Assembly (NCBI GenBank): GCA_963785235.1
Contig: CAWAUM010000011.1
Span: forward strand, 233,724-297,723
Length of the DNA stretch: 64,000 nucleotides
Direction of reading: 5' to 3'
DNA from: an uncultured delta proteobacterium
GTDB taxonomy: Bacteria; Desulfobacterota; Desulfomonilia; UBA1062
A program made the position numbers and the translations under genes. The notes under the pieces were generated by a model. That model searched no databases. It saw nothing but the letters and a program-made list of their open reading frames with translations, and had not been told where the DNA came from. The first letter of the stretch is position 1, and each line of letters opens with the position of its first letter. Below are positions 20,379-31,267 of this stretch, one piece after another.

Positions 20379-22815
20379 AGATGACCTTGCGTATGGATAC
20401 CCCTTCGATAAAGCGCTTCACGTTCGTGTCGGAATACGCAGCGGTTTCCACCTCAGCCTGAGGCGTATCCTTGGGCATTTCGATGGTGGCGCGCAGCTTG
20501 CCGTTCACCTGTACCGCGATTGTCACATTCGAGTCCTGGGCCCATGTGGGATCGAATTCGGGCCAGGGGTGCTCGAAGAGCCTGCCTGACAACCCTATGG
20601 TTTCCCACAGCTCATCGGCGATATGCGGGACAAAGGGCGAGAGCATGATGATCAGGTGCTCGATGGAATACTTCAGCACAGCCGCTTCTTCGGCGTCCTT
20701 TACCACTTCTTTTGTCTTATAGAGATCGTTTATGAGCTCCATCATGGCGGCTATGGCCGTATTGAACCGGAAGCGCTTGTCTATGTCCTCAGTGACCTTG
20801 CGGATGGTCTGGTGTGTCTTCCTCATGATGGGCTCTACGGATGCCGGTACCCGGGTAACCTTAGATGTCCCCTCCATTGCCTTGATGTCCATGGCAAGAC
20901 GCCAGAGCCGGGTCAGAAACCGGTAGGTCCCCTCAATACCCTGGTCGCTCCAGTCCATGTCCTTCTCGGGCGGGGCGGCAAAGAGGGTGAAGAGCCTGGT
21001 GGCGTCAGCGCCGTAGCGTGCTATCATGTCTTCGGGATCAATCACGTTACCCTTGGACTTACTCATCTTGGCGCCGTCTTTGATGACCATGCCCTGGGTC
21101 AGCAGCCTCTCAAACGGTTCATCAAATGCCACATAACCCAGGTCGCGCAGCACCATGGTAAAGAACCGTGAGTACATGAGGTGCAATATGGCATGCTCGA
21201 TGCCGCCGATGTACTGGTCCACCGGCATCCAGTACGCAACCTCCTTGGCGTCAAAGGCCTTGTCCTTGTGGTTGGGGCTGGTATAGCGGATGAAGTACCA
21301 GGAGGACTCCACAAAGGTGTCCATGGTGTCGGTCTCACGCTTGGCCTTGCCGCCGCATGAAGGGCACTTCGTGTTCACGAATGACTCCACCTGGGCTATG
21401 GGTGATTCGCCGGCGCCGGTGAGCTTTACGTCCTCGGGCAGGATAATGGGCAGGTCTTCTTTTTTTACCGGGACGGTTCCGCACTTTTCGCAGTGCACCA
21501 CCGGGATGGGTGCGCCCCAGTAACGCTGTCTCGATATGCCCCAGTCACGCAGTTTGAAGTTGATTGTGGGCTCACCCCTGCCAAGGGACTGGAGATGTTC
21601 GGTGATGCCCTTCATGGCGTCGGTATTCTTCATGCCGTTGAACTGCTGTGAATTCACCAGCACACCTTCACCCTCGTAGGCAGCTTCCATAGTCTCCGCC
21701 TTGAGTTCTTCGCCCTCAGGCTGGATGACCACTATGATGGTAAGGCCGTATTTCTTGGCAAACTCGAAGTCGCGCTGATCGTGCGAGGGCACGGCCATGA
21801 CTGCGCCGGTGCCGTAGTCATACAGCACGAAGTTGGCCACATAGATGGGCATCAGAAAGCCGGTGAGCGGATTTGTGCAGTATTTGCCCGTGAACACGCC
21901 CTCTTTCTCATAGGAATCCGAGGTACGGGTGATCTTGTCCTCCTTGAGGGTCTTGTCTATAAAGGCCTTCACTGCTCCTTCCTGGCCGGTCCCTTTGGGC
22001 AGGGTCTTGGCCAGGGGGTGCTCCGGCGCAATGCTCATGAAGGTGGCGCCATAGAGGGTATCGGGTCTGGTGGTGAAGACCTCGATGTCATCATTGGTGC
22101 CATCGATGGCAAACTTCAGGAGCGAGCCTGTGCTCCTGCCGATCCAGTTTCTCTGCATGGTCAGCACGCGCTCGGGCCAGCCTTCTTTGAGGCGCTCGGT
22201 ATTGTCTAGAAGCTCCTGGGCGTATTTGGTGATCTTGAAGAACCACTGGTCGTATTCCCTGAGGTACACCTGTGTGCCGCAGCGCCAGCATGCCCCTGCT
22301 TCCACCTGCTCGTTGGCCAGCACGGTCTTGCAGCTGTCGCACCAGTTCAGAAAGGTGCGGTCCTTGTAGACGAGGCCCTTCTCGAACATCTCTATGAAGA
22401 AGAGCTGCTCCCACTGGTAGTAGTTCGCATCACAGGTGGCGATCTCCCGGTCCCAGTCATAGCTGAATCCCATGCGTTTGAGCTGGACCTTCATGTATGC
22501 CATGTTCTCATAAGTCCATTTTTTGGGGTGCACACCGCTTGCAATGGCGGCGTTCTCAGCGGGCATGCCGAAGGCGTCCCATCCCATGGGATGCAGCACG
22601 TTAAAGCCTTTCATCTTCTTGTAGCGGGCCACCACGTCGCCGATGGTATAGTTGCGGACGTGGCCCATGTGGATACGGCCCGAGGGGTAGGGGAACATCT
22701 CCAGGAGATAGTATTTCTGTTTGGAATCATCGACCTCCACCTTGAAGAGCTTGCTGTCTTCCCAGCGCTTCTGCCATTTGGCCTCGATCTCCTGAGGTCT
22801 GTAGTCCGTCGTCAT
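20332..22815 (-). CDS. leuS: Leucine--tRNA ligase
   Basis: The HIGH motif is [15 protein letters not shown], the KMSKS motif is KMSKSKGN, and the editing domain is present. The likely true start is [15 protein letters not shown] at about 22815. The track ORF extends to 22902. Confidence 0.92.
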   Translation of the reverse strand: MTTDYRPQEIEAKWQKRWEDSKLFKVEVDDSKQKYYLLEMFPYPSGRIHMGHVRNYTIGDVVARYKKMKGFNVLHPMGWDAFGMPAENAAIASGVHPKKWTYENMAYMKVQLKRMGFSYDWDREIATCDANYYQWEQLFFIEMFEKGLVYKDRTFLNWCDSCKTVLANEQVEAGACWRCGTQVYLREYDQWFFKITKYAQELLDNTERLKEGWPERVLTMQRNWIGRSTGSLLKFAIDGTNDDIEVFTTRPDTLYGATFMSIAPEHPLAKTLPKGTGQEGAVKAFIDKTLKEDKITRTSDSYEKEGVFTGKYCTNPLTGFLMPIYVANFVLYDYGTGAVMAVPSHDQRDFEFAKKYGLTIIVVIQPEGEELKAETMEAAYEGEGVLVNSQQFNGMKNTDAMKGITEHLQSLGRGEPTINFKLRDWGISRQRYWGAPIPVVHCEKCGTVPVKKEDLPIILPEDVKLTGAGESPIAQVESFVNTKCPSCGGKAKRETDTMDTFVESSWYFIRYTSPNHKDKAFDAKEVAYWMPVDQYIGGIEHAILHLMYSRFFTMVLRDLGYVAFDEPFERLLTQGMVIKDGAKMSKSKGNVIDPEDMIARYGADATRLFTLFAAPPEKDMDWSDQGIEGTYRFLTRLWRLAMDIKAMEGTSKVTRVPASVEPIMRKTHQTIRKVTEDIDKRFRFNTAIAAMMELINDLYKTKEVVKDAEEAAVLKYSIEHLIIMLSPFVPHIADELWETIGLSGRLFEHPWPEFDPTWAQDSNVTIAVQVNGKLRATIEMPKDTPQAEVETAAYSDTNVKRFIEGVSIRKVIYVPNKIINIIVAAGK

Positions 22816-22945
22816 ACGTTCCTCCACATGAATGGTGAGAGCACAATTAACACAACACCTCCCCTTCGTCCAGTCCCCGTTCCCGCGTATCGAACCGTAC
22901 ATTCCAAGATGATATACATCTTAAATATTTCTTCAGATACAAACC

Positions 22946-23017
22946 AAAAATTGGCCCGTTAAAATCATGAATCTCGGTGAAGCCGAGATTCATGATTTTA
23001 ACGGGTAAGGTTTTTTT
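22946..23017. repeat. Palindromic repeat element copy 2 (inverted orientation relative to copy 1), in the divergent leuS/mrcA intergenic region
   Basis: The sequence is aaaaattggCCCGTTaaaatcatgaatctcgg-tgaag-ccgagattcatgattttAACGGGtaaggttttttt. Its flanks are reverse complements of the copy-1 flanks. The stem differs from copy 1 by compensatory changes. Confidence 0.8.
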
Positions 23018-23141
23018 ATCCGAGACCCTTTCCGGAATTGTGCAAAGCTCTTAACTTTTGTAACTGCATTGGTGTCCCTGAGGTCTCTTCAGGCTCTTTG
23101 CGCTTGCATTTCATGGCCATATTGATATGTAAGGGGACACT

Positions 23142-25547
23142 ATGAGGTGGCTCAAATTCATACTTCTTATCATGGTGATCATCATTGTCCTGTGTGGAGC
23201 AGCAATCTATGTATTCGTACTCAGGGGGCTTCCTTCCCTTGAAGAGCTCAAAGGCGATGAGGTGACCAAGCTCAGCAAGGTTACCGCTGCCGACGGTACA
23301 CCCATCGGCTACTTCCCGCCCGAAGGAAGGGTTGTCATGAACGGGCACAACATCCCCATTACCCTCAAGCAGGCCATCATCGCTGCAGAGGATTCCACCT
23401 TTTATGATCATGTGGGACTTGAACCGCGCAGGATCATAAGTGCATTGCTCGCTGATATCAGGGCAAACTCCTATGTCCAGGGCGCATCTACCATAACCCA
23501 GCAGGTTGTCAGGTCGTATCTGCTCACCAATGAAAAGACCCTTGCCAGGAAGGTCAGGGAGATCGTTCTGGCGCTGCGCATCGAACAGGCCCTGACCAAA
23601 GAGCAGATTTTAAACCTGTACCTTGACCGCATCTACCTGGGAAGCGGGGCCTATGGAGTACAGGCGGCCTCCTTTCGTTATTTCGGCAAGGAGTGCAGAG
23701 AGCTCGAGCTCTCGGAGATGGCACTGCTTGCAGGGCTTGCCCCTGCGCCTACGAGATATTCTCCGCTGAATGATTTCACTGCTGCAAAAAGAAGGCAGTG
23801 GTATGTCCTTTCCCGCATGGTGTCCGAAGGTTACATTACCGGAGACGAGGCCCGTGAGGCATACAAGGACCCTTTGAGGATCATAGCCAAGGATGTGGCC
23901 CAATTTTCCGAATACCCCTATATCACCGACTATGTGAAGACGCTCGTGACCAAGCAGTTCGGCGAAGATATCTTCAACAAAGGGATCATTATCCGCACTT
24001 CGATAATACCTGAGCTCCAGCGCTCGGCAATGCTCGCTGTCCGCAAGGGGGTTATCGAGCTGGAGATGAGACAGGGCAAGTATCGTGGCCCCATAAAGGA
24101 TGTACCCCAAAGCGATGGTACGCTCAAGCCATTGGCCCTGCCGACAAGGATCGCATCTTTGCATTGCAGTCAAACCAGCTTGCATGGAAAGGATACGAAC
24201 CCTATGAGCTCTATTGGGCAGAGGTGACAAGACTGGATCCATTAACGGTAAAACTCGGCACCAGAAGCCTGGAACTCGGCCCGGGCAGCTACGCCTGGAT
24301 CAACCCCAAGGGGAATTGGAATCCCGGCAGCGTGCTCAAGCCCGGCGATCTCATAGCAGCTCTGCTCTACGCCCGGCGGTTTTGTGATCTCGCAACACCC
24401 TCAGGTTCAGGGGGTGCTTGTAGCCTTTGATTTGGAAAAGGCCGGCATCCTTGCCATGGTTGGAGGGGTCGACTATGCCCAGAGCCAGTTCAACAGGGCC
24501 ATATACGCAAGGAGGCAGAGCGGTTCGGCAATAAAACCCTTCATCTATGCGGCAGCTATCGACAAGGGGCTGACCCCGGCCTCCATCATCTTCGACTCGC
24601 CGGTGACCTATAATGCCGGGGCGGATGAGGAAATGTGGCAACCTAAAAACTACGAAAACCGCTTCTATGGTGCAACCACATTGAGGACCGGCCTTGTCCT
24701 GTCAAGAAACGTGGTTACCATAAAGATTTTAAACCAGATCGGCCTTGATTTTGCCATCTCATATATCAGACGGTTCGACATGCAATCGGATCTGCCTCGG
24801 AACCTTTCCCTGGCCCTGGGTTCAGGTTCGGTAACCCCTATTAACCTCTTTAAGGGGTATGCCGAGCTGGCCATCTATGGTCAGAAGTTTGATCCCCATA
24901 TGATCGAGAGCATTGTCCAAAGCGGAAAGGGGACTATCTTTCGTGCCCCTGCAGGCCCGGCAGCACTTACTTCTCCTGTTGTACCTGCGGTAACCGCCGG
25001 AACCGAAGGCATTACGGCAGATACGGCCTCTTTGACCAATGTCTTGCAAGATGGTATTGATGCCATCACGTCTATACCGGACCGGGGAGTTATCTCATCT
25101 CAGACGGCCTTCATTATCACGAACATCCTCAAGGACGTGGTGCAGGCGGGAACAGGTTGGCGTGCAAAGGCGCTTATGAGGCCTATTGCGGGAAAGACAG
25201 GTACCAGCGATGACAGCAAGGATACCTGGTTTATCGGATACTCCCCTGATGTCTTATGCGGTGTATGGGTCGGCTATGACAGCATGACTTCGCTTGGCGC
25301 GAATGAGACAGGCGGTAAAACCGCATGCCCAATATTTGTCGACTTCATGACAACAGCGTTGCGTGACAGGCCTGTGCGCGACTTCAGGGTCCCTGCGGGT
25401 GTGGTATTCGCCAGGGTCAACTCCAATACGGGCAAAGGGGCTGGTGAGGATTCTCTGGAATCACGTTTTGAGGTCTTTAAGCAAGGCAGCGTACCTGCAG
25501 CCGAGAAGGCCGTTAATGATGATCAATTGTTAAAGGAGGTCTTCTGA
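23142..25547 (+). CDS. mrcA: Class A penicillin-binding protein (PBP1A-like; two apparent frameshifts near 24150 and 24390)
   Basis: ORF1 has the transglycosylase motifs (EDSTFYDH, GASTITQQ, RKVRE). ORF 24164-24430 and ORF 24384-25547 carry the transpeptidase motifs SAIKP (SxxK), SRN and KTGT. Confidence 0.85.
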
Positions 25548-27334
25548 TGCATGTCCGTGCGGTCTTGCTTCTGGTTGCCCTGATCGCATATTCGCTGAGT
25601 GTTTTTGCTGCGGACATCACCCTTGTGAAACATGCAAGGAGGGCCAAGCCTCTTGGGGCGAGTCAGTATGTAGTGAAGGAAGGCGATACCTTGCGAAGGA
25701 TTCTGATGGAGGGATACAACGCAAAGGAGGAAGACCTTCCTACTCTCTATAAGAGATTCAGGCAGGAAAATCCCGGCATAGCAGATCTTGATTACATACC
25801 TTCAGGCACCAAGATCGTGGTCCCCATAAAAGGAGAGCCCGGCCTTGTTGCCGACCAGAAGAAACCCCCTGGCGAGCTTGAGGTGAGAGAGGCTTCTCCC
25901 AATGAATACGTCATAAAGCAGGGTGAGTATCTCGCCAGGATCATGAGGAAGGTGTACGGTGTCTCGGATGACCTCATCTTTCATGAGTACATGGCCCTGG
26001 TAAAGAAATTAAACCCCGGGATCAGCGATCCGAACCTTATCAAGGCGGGTCAAAAGCTTATTCTGCCGGACATCAAACGGGTAATGGCCAAGGCAAAGAA
26101 TTCCCAGGGGCCTGCTGCCGGAGTGTTATCGGTTTCAACCGCGGGCGTACCCCCACAAGATGTAAGCAATAATACCCCTCCTGCCCTGATAAGTGATGCA
26201 TCAGTCCCTCAGGCAAAGCAGGATACGGATGCATCCGAGCAGCTTCCCAAAACGGCCCCTGCAGCGCCCCCTGTGTTGCCCGGAGTGAAACAGGCAAGTA
26301 ATGGCAAATCGCCGGAACCCGGGAAAGCCAGGGATCTGAAGATGGTCAAAGGTGCAGTCCTGCCGGCCCTGAAGAACATGGGGGGTACGAAGAGGGACAA
26401 AGGGATATATTATATGCCGACCTCGGGAGGCACCGGGTTGTCCATCAACACCTCCGAGATCCCTGTCATGGAACTCGATACGGGGAAGAAGATAATTTTT
26501 GACATGAACGGGACCATCAGCACCGAGGTTAAAGGGTATATCGAGAAGGCCTTCCCATCTTTCACCGTTGTATCCGGTTCGCAAGGGGACCTAGAGGGCC
26601 TGATGGACAAGGTCTTAAGCGTTTCCGGCTATTTCTCCATCAATAAAGACTCAAGTCCTCTTCTCGTGGGAGCAGAAGAAAAACTAAGATTTTTCGGCAA
26701 GTGGATCGTATACAAGGACTTCTCCCGAAACAATGTGTTTGTCGTTAATCTCCTGGGCAATGAAGATCAGAAGACGCCCGGCGGCATTAGAAACTATGCT
26801 AAGCATTTTGGTATCGACCTCATTGAGATCGGCGGTAAAGACACAGGGAGTGCACTGAAAAAATCCGCACAAGTTGCTGACCTGAATCACTCGTATCCGG
26901 CCCTTTTGGGCCGTCTTAAGATCCCTCATGATACGAATAAGGAGATAGACCTGGTAAAAAGCGGCGTGGTGAAGATAACCTACAAGGCCCCGGTGCTTAC
27001 GGGTAAGGTCGTACTCACCGATGTCATGCCTGAAACGGATATGGCCTCACTGCTTCATGAGAAGTCATATGTGTTGCTGAATACCGGCACAGCTGGGCCT
27101 GTTGATGTGCTGGGCGCTCTCGGGCTGGAATTTGAAGGCCCCCCCCTGAAGATGACAATAGCCAAGGGAAGGACAGAACTGGAGATCCCTGGAATACGTC
27201 TTGGGAACAATATCATCCTCTTAAAGAAGATCGATAAAGATATAGCGGCCTATCTTGCAGATTTCGGGGATGAAGGTGATGGTGTGGTAAGGCCCCCGAT
27301 AGGGGGACAGGGTCACAATGAAAAGACTAGATAA
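25547..27334 (+). CDS. Secreted LysM-like domain protein with Pro-rich linker and a C-terminal domain of about 330 aa of unknown function
   Basis: 595 aa with a signal peptide. It has two LysM-like repeats (QYVVKEGDTLRRIL..., EYVIKQGEYLARIM...). Its start overlaps the PBP1A stop (ATGA). Confidence 0.5.
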   Translation: MHVRAVLLLVALIAYSLSVFAADITLVKHARRAKPLGASQYVVKEGDTLRRILMEGYNAKEEDLPTLYKRFRQENPGIADLDYIPSGTKIVVPIKGEPGLVADQKKPPGELEVREASPNEYVIKQGEYLARIMRKVYGVSDDLIFHEYMALVKKLNPGISDPNLIKAGQKLILPDIKRVMAKAKNSQGPAAGVLSVSTAGVPPQDVSNNTPPALISDASVPQAKQDTDASEQLPKTAPAAPPVLPGVKQASNGKSPEPGKARDLKMVKGAVLPALKNMGGTKRDKGIYYMPTSGGTGLSINTSEIPVMELDTGKKIIFDMNGTISTEVKGYIEKAFPSFTVVSGSQGDLEGLMDKVLSVSGYFSINKDSSPLLVGAEEKLRFFGKWIVYKDFSRNNVFVVNLLGNEDQKTPGGIRNYAKHFGIDLIEIGGKDTGSALKKSAQVADLNHSYPALLGRLKIPHDTNKEIDLVKSGVVKITYKAPVLTGKVVLTDVMPETDMASLLHEKSYVLLNTGTAGPVDVLGALGLEFEGPPLKMTIAKGRTELEIPGIRLGNNIILLKKIDKDIAAYLADFGDEGDGVVRPPIGGQGHNEKTR

Positions 27335-27352
27335 CTTTATGCCCTGGGTTAA

Positions 27353-28669
27353 TTATATTTTTGCCGTGGAGATGAAACATGTTCCCCCTGACCCACTGCC
27401 TTCATTAATTGGTTTATCCTCTGTTGTGAATGATACTGAATAATCTGATTTCATTGAATTTCCAGTAAGGTCTTTAACACCATTACTTCCACCCCTTAAG
27501 GTTATCGTATAGGGTGTGGAAAATGCATCTGCACCACTTACAGAGACGGCCATGCCATTAGGAGAGAGACTCAGCTTTGCGGGAACTGTTGTCGAACCAG
27601 ACGTCATAATTATTGTTGAACTGGTAATGGTTGCCGCATTGAGCTTCTCTGTAAATGAAAACTCTATGGGATTTGATACATAGGCCTTTCCGCCAGTACC
27701 CTCGATTCTGTCGTAATAGATCACGGGTGGTATTGAATCTGTTCTGCTGTAAGTAACCATCACGCCATTTTTGCATGCGAAGTAAACCTTTCCCGAGGTG
27801 CTTCCCCATATTGCATAAATGTCAACAAGAGAGGTATTTCCCAGCTTGGTCCATGAAATCCCGTCGTAATGATATACGGCACCGTAATCGCCTGCAGCAA
27901 AGACGTCAGTTGGACCACTTCCCCAGAGACTGTTGAATTTAATGCCGCTGGATGTAGCCGCGAGTTTCCATGTCCCATCATAGTGAAGTATGTCCCCATA
28001 TGAGCCCGCGGCATAGATATCTAAGGTAGATGATCCCCAGAGGGCACGGATATCCTGGCTGGTTCCTGAGCTTGCAGAACTCCATTCACTGCCGTTAAAA
28101 TGGAACAGCTTACCAAGTTCGCCACCAGTGTATACATCATTTGCAGAACTGCCCCAGATGCAATAAAGGTTGATCCCGGTTGTAATAGTAATGGGAGATG
28201 CCAGTTTAGAGGATGTCAGGTTGGTCCATGAGCTTCCGTTAAAGAACAGAATTGTGCCTAACGAACCAACGGCATAGGCGTTTGTGACCGATGCTCCCCA
28301 GATGGCATTAAGGCTAAGGCCATTCAATGATGGGTATTTAACCCACCTGAGGCTATCATTGAGAAAAATATTTCCAAAATTATCTGTAGTGATAATGACA
28401 ATGGGTGATATTCCCCACACTGCCATCAGATCATAGGGGGTATTGCTTTGTATCCATGCAGACTCTTGCCATGAGGTTCCATCATAACTCAAGAATGTAC
28501 CATTTGCTCCGGCAACATAGATATCCTCGTCCGTTGCGCCCCAAATGGCATTGAGATTCTGATCGACAAGGGTAGTTGCTTGCCAATCATCCGCGCAATA
28601 ACCAAAACAAGGCGAAAGAAGAATAAGGAATAATGCTGTGAGCACACCGTATAATACGTTTGTTCTCAT
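27353..28669 (-). CDS. Secreted repeat protein, predicted 7-bladed beta-propeller (W-G / Y-D-G-S-W repeats) plus C-terminal Ig-like domain
   Basis: 438 aa with a signal peptide. It has seven repeats of about 45 aa following a.WG.s..dvYavG..G.ilhydGt.W. A beta-rich tail is consistent with Big-like domains. Confidence 0.5.
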   Translation of the reverse strand: MRTNVLYGVLTALFLILLSPCFGYCADDWQATTLVDQNLNAIWGATDEDIYVAGANGTFLSYDGTSWQESAWIQSNTPYDLMAVWGISPIVIITTDNFGNIFLNDSLRWVKYPSLNGLSLNAIWGASVTNAYAVGSLGTILFFNGSSWTNLTSSKLASPITITTGINLYCIWGSSANDVYTGGELGKLFHFNGSEWSSASSGTSQDIRALWGSSTLDIYAAGSYGDILHYDGTWKLAATSSGIKFNSLWGSGPTDVFAAGDYGAVYHYDGISWTKLGNTSLVDIYAIWGSTSGKVYFACKNGVMVTYSRTDSIPPVIYYDRIEGTGGKAYVSNPIEFSFTEKLNAATITSSTIIMTSGSTTVPAKLSLSPNGMAVSVSGADAFSTPYTITLRGGSNGVKDLTGNSMKSDYSVSFTTEDKPINEGSGSGGTCFISTAKI

Positions 28670-28862
28670 AATGTATCCTTTCCAGAAATACCCAAGGATG
28701 GTTTATTTCAATATATATGTATAATTATAATAACGACGACCTTTGGTCTTTTCAATTCTTTTCTCGACAAAATCCTTTCTATGATCACATCCATAAAGAT
28801 ATGAGAGCAGGTAAAAGTACAGTATGGTATACATTGTCTGACAAACCACTAAGATTTTTGTA

Positions 28863-30302
28863 TTATTGATGATAAATGGTCAGTTTGTCGCCGGGTTTGA
28901 TCTGTGCAGTGGAGGTCAGCTGGTTCCACCGAAGGATGTCCACGGTGGAGACATAGAACTGTTTTGAGATCCCCCAGAGGGTATCGCCTTTCTTTACCTT
29001 ATACTTGGTAGACTTCACGTGTGCCTGTTTGCTTTGTGCCGAGGGGATGATAAGTGCTATTCCTAATTTCAGGCCCTGTTTTTTGGAGATCCGGTTCGCC
29101 TTGGTAATGGCATCTACACTTGAGGAATATTTCCTGGCAAGGGAATATAAGGTGTCGCCCTTACGCACGGTATGATTAACGTTTGTGGCGGATTCTTCGT
29201 TGGTATCCGGTTGGGCTGCAATACCTTTCTTTGATGATTTCGGCGTGTTTCTGCGGACCTTATCCCCGCCATTCTTTATTGACAAAGACTGGGCGTCAGT
29301 AAAGGATTCAGGGTTATTATCCGCCAAGGACACAGTAAGGCCGCTGTTTGATTTTGCGATTCTATCCAGATACTCCTGGCTATCCACTGTCTCGGGTGTC
29401 CCGGGGGCAGTGCCCGGCAAGGGATTCGGCAGCCCGTAGGCGTTACGGTTTTTAGCCAGGATGACAGTGGCGATATATTTCGGCACATAATCGATAGTCT
29501 CAGGCTTTATGTTCATGGAATTGTTTATGTCCCAGAATGTGTAAACCCCATGGTTTTTCATGAGACGGATGAGCGTCCCTTCTCCTGCGTTGTATGCAGC
29601 AATAGCCAAATACCAATCGCCGAAGATGGAATAGAGGTGTCTCAGGTACTGTGCTGCTGCTTGTGTGGATTTCTCCAGGTGTTTACGCTCATCCACATAT
29701 TTGTTCACTTGCAGGCCATATCTCTTTGCGGTATCCGGGATGAACTGCCAGTAACCAGTTGCTCCGGAGCTTGAGACTGCATGCGGGTTGGCATTACTCT
29801 CAACCAGGCATAAGTAGACGAGGTCCTTGGGGATGCCGTTTTGTTTGAATATCCGCTCCAATGTAGGGCGTATCTTATCAAGCCTGGACAGAGAGCCCTT
29901 GAATGCATCACGGTCTTTAACCGAGAGGCGTTCGATCCAGAGCTGCACTATGGCATTGACCTCATAGGTGCCGTCTGCAGTCTTTTTTTTCTGCGGTTTC
30001 CCCTTTTTCTGAACAAGCTCATCCTCCTTCATTTTTCCCGGGATTATTTCTTTGGATTCTTCCTGGATCTGGGGTAAATCGATTTCTTTGGGAGGCTGCT
30101 CTTTTAGTGTCATAGGTTCCTGGATTGAGCTAAGGTCCAGAACCTGACTAGGCGGATGTGTCGGCGGATAGTTGGAATGGAGGTCGTGCGCGCATCCAAG
30201 CAGTGCGAACACAAAGGTATACATGAGTGTTGCCCTGAACGAGTTCATTCTCATCAACCTCCGAATTGTTGTTTTTTTATCTGGATTGGATGAAACCTTC
30301 AA
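28863..30302 (-). CDS. mltD: Membrane-bound lytic murein transglycosylase D-like (SLT domain + two C-terminal LysM domains)
   Basis: The SLT catalytic region is LCLVESNANPHAVSSSGATGYWQFIP. The LysM domains are HTVRKGDTLYSLARKY and YKVKKGDTLWGISKQF. A lipobox (ALLGC) suggests an internal start at about 30250. Confidence 0.8.
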   Translation of the reverse strand: MKVSSNPDKKTTIRRLMRMNSFRATLMYTFVFALLGCAHDLHSNYPPTHPPSQVLDLSSIQEPMTLKEQPPKEIDLPQIQEESKEIIPGKMKEDELVQKKGKPQKKKTADGTYEVNAIVQLWIERLSVKDRDAFKGSLSRLDKIRPTLERIFKQNGIPKDLVYLCLVESNANPHAVSSSGATGYWQFIPDTAKRYGLQVNKYVDERKHLEKSTQAAAQYLRHLYSIFGDWYLAIAAYNAGEGTLIRLMKNHGVYTFWDINNSMNIKPETIDYVPKYIATVILAKNRNAYGLPNPLPGTAPGTPETVDSQEYLDRIAKSNSGLTVSLADNNPESFTDAQSLSIKNGGDKVRRNTPKSSKKGIAAQPDTNEESATNVNHTVRKGDTLYSLARKYSSSVDAITKANRISKKQGLKLGIALIIPSAQSKQAHVKSTKYKVKKGDTLWGISKQFYVSTVDILRWNQLTSTAQIKPGDKLTIYHQ

Positions 30303-30391
30303 CCCTTTTTTTCATCTAAAAATACGGATTGTTGGTACCGATAGATTTAATTAACTTTTAGGTCATATTTTATAAAGGAGATAAATGATAA

Positions 30392-31249
30392 ATGCAACTC
30401 CCAATTGTACACAATAATGCTGTTGCGGCGCTCATCAGTAAATTTGATCGATTACCCGCACTGACCAAAGAGGAAGAATCCAACCTGGCCTTGCGTTTAA
30501 AGGAAAAGGGCGATATCGATGCCGCCCAGAGGCTTATCACTGCCAACTTGCGCAACGTTGTCCGTATCGCCATGGATTATAGCGGTTATGGGCTCCCCAT
30601 GGAGGACATTATCCAGGAAGGCACTATCGGCTTGATGATAGCCGTGAAAAAGTTTGATCCCCATAAGGGATACAGGCTTATGACTTATGCCGTCTGGTGG
30701 GTCAAGGCCATGATTCACGATTATATACTCAGGTTCTACTCACAGGTGAAACTTGGCACTACCAAGCTGCAGAAGAGGCTCTTTTACGGTCTTAACCGTA
30801 TGTCGGCCGAGGAGGATGTAGTTGACGAACACATAACCGAGAAGTCCCATGCCCTTTCGGCCAGGCTCGATGCTGATCCCCAAGCCATCGAGGAGATCAT
30901 ATCACGTCTGACCAACAGAGATCAGTCCCTCGACAGCCCCATGACGGACGGAAGTGACTCCAGTTTTATGGATTTCCTGGTGGATACAAGGGCAACTCCC
31001 GAGGACAGGGTCATGGAGTCCCAGCGGGCGTCTTTTGTTAAGGGCCAGATTGACGCCGCCCTTGAAAAGCTATCGCCGCGCGAGCAGGAAATCGCCCGGC
31101 AGCGCCTCATGGCAGAGAACCCATTGACATTGGAGGATTTAGGAAGGCAATATGCCATTTCCAAAGAGAGGGTCAGGCAGATCGAGAATAACGTGAAGGT
31201 CAAACTCAAGAAGGCCCTTGCAGGTCATCTAGATCTCATGCTGCCATAA
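30392..31249 (+). CDS. rpoH: RNA polymerase sigma-32 factor RpoH
   Basis: 285 aa, sigma-70 family with regions 2 and 4. It carries an RpoH-box-like LQKRLFYGLNRM (consensus QRKLFFNLR). Confidence 0.8.
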   Translation: MQLPIVHNNAVAALISKFDRLPALTKEEESNLALRLKEKGDIDAAQRLITANLRNVVRIAMDYSGYGLPMEDIIQEGTIGLMIAVKKFDPHKGYRLMTYAVWWVKAMIHDYILRFYSQVKLGTTKLQKRLFYGLNRMSAEEDVVDEHITEKSHALSARLDADPQAIEEIISRLTNRDQSLDSPMTDGSDSSFMDFLVDTRATPEDRVMESQRASFVKGQIDAALEKLSPREQEIARQRLMAENPLTLEDLGRQYAISKERVRQIENNVKVKLKKALAGHLDLMLP

Positions 31250-31267
31250 AAATTAAGGGGTATTTCC

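Noticed and set aside
20623-21171. 182-aa + strand ORF inside leuS
   Set aside because: It is antisense to leuS. Its composition is biased (Gly/His/Leu-rich) and typical of the reverse frame of a GC-rich gene.
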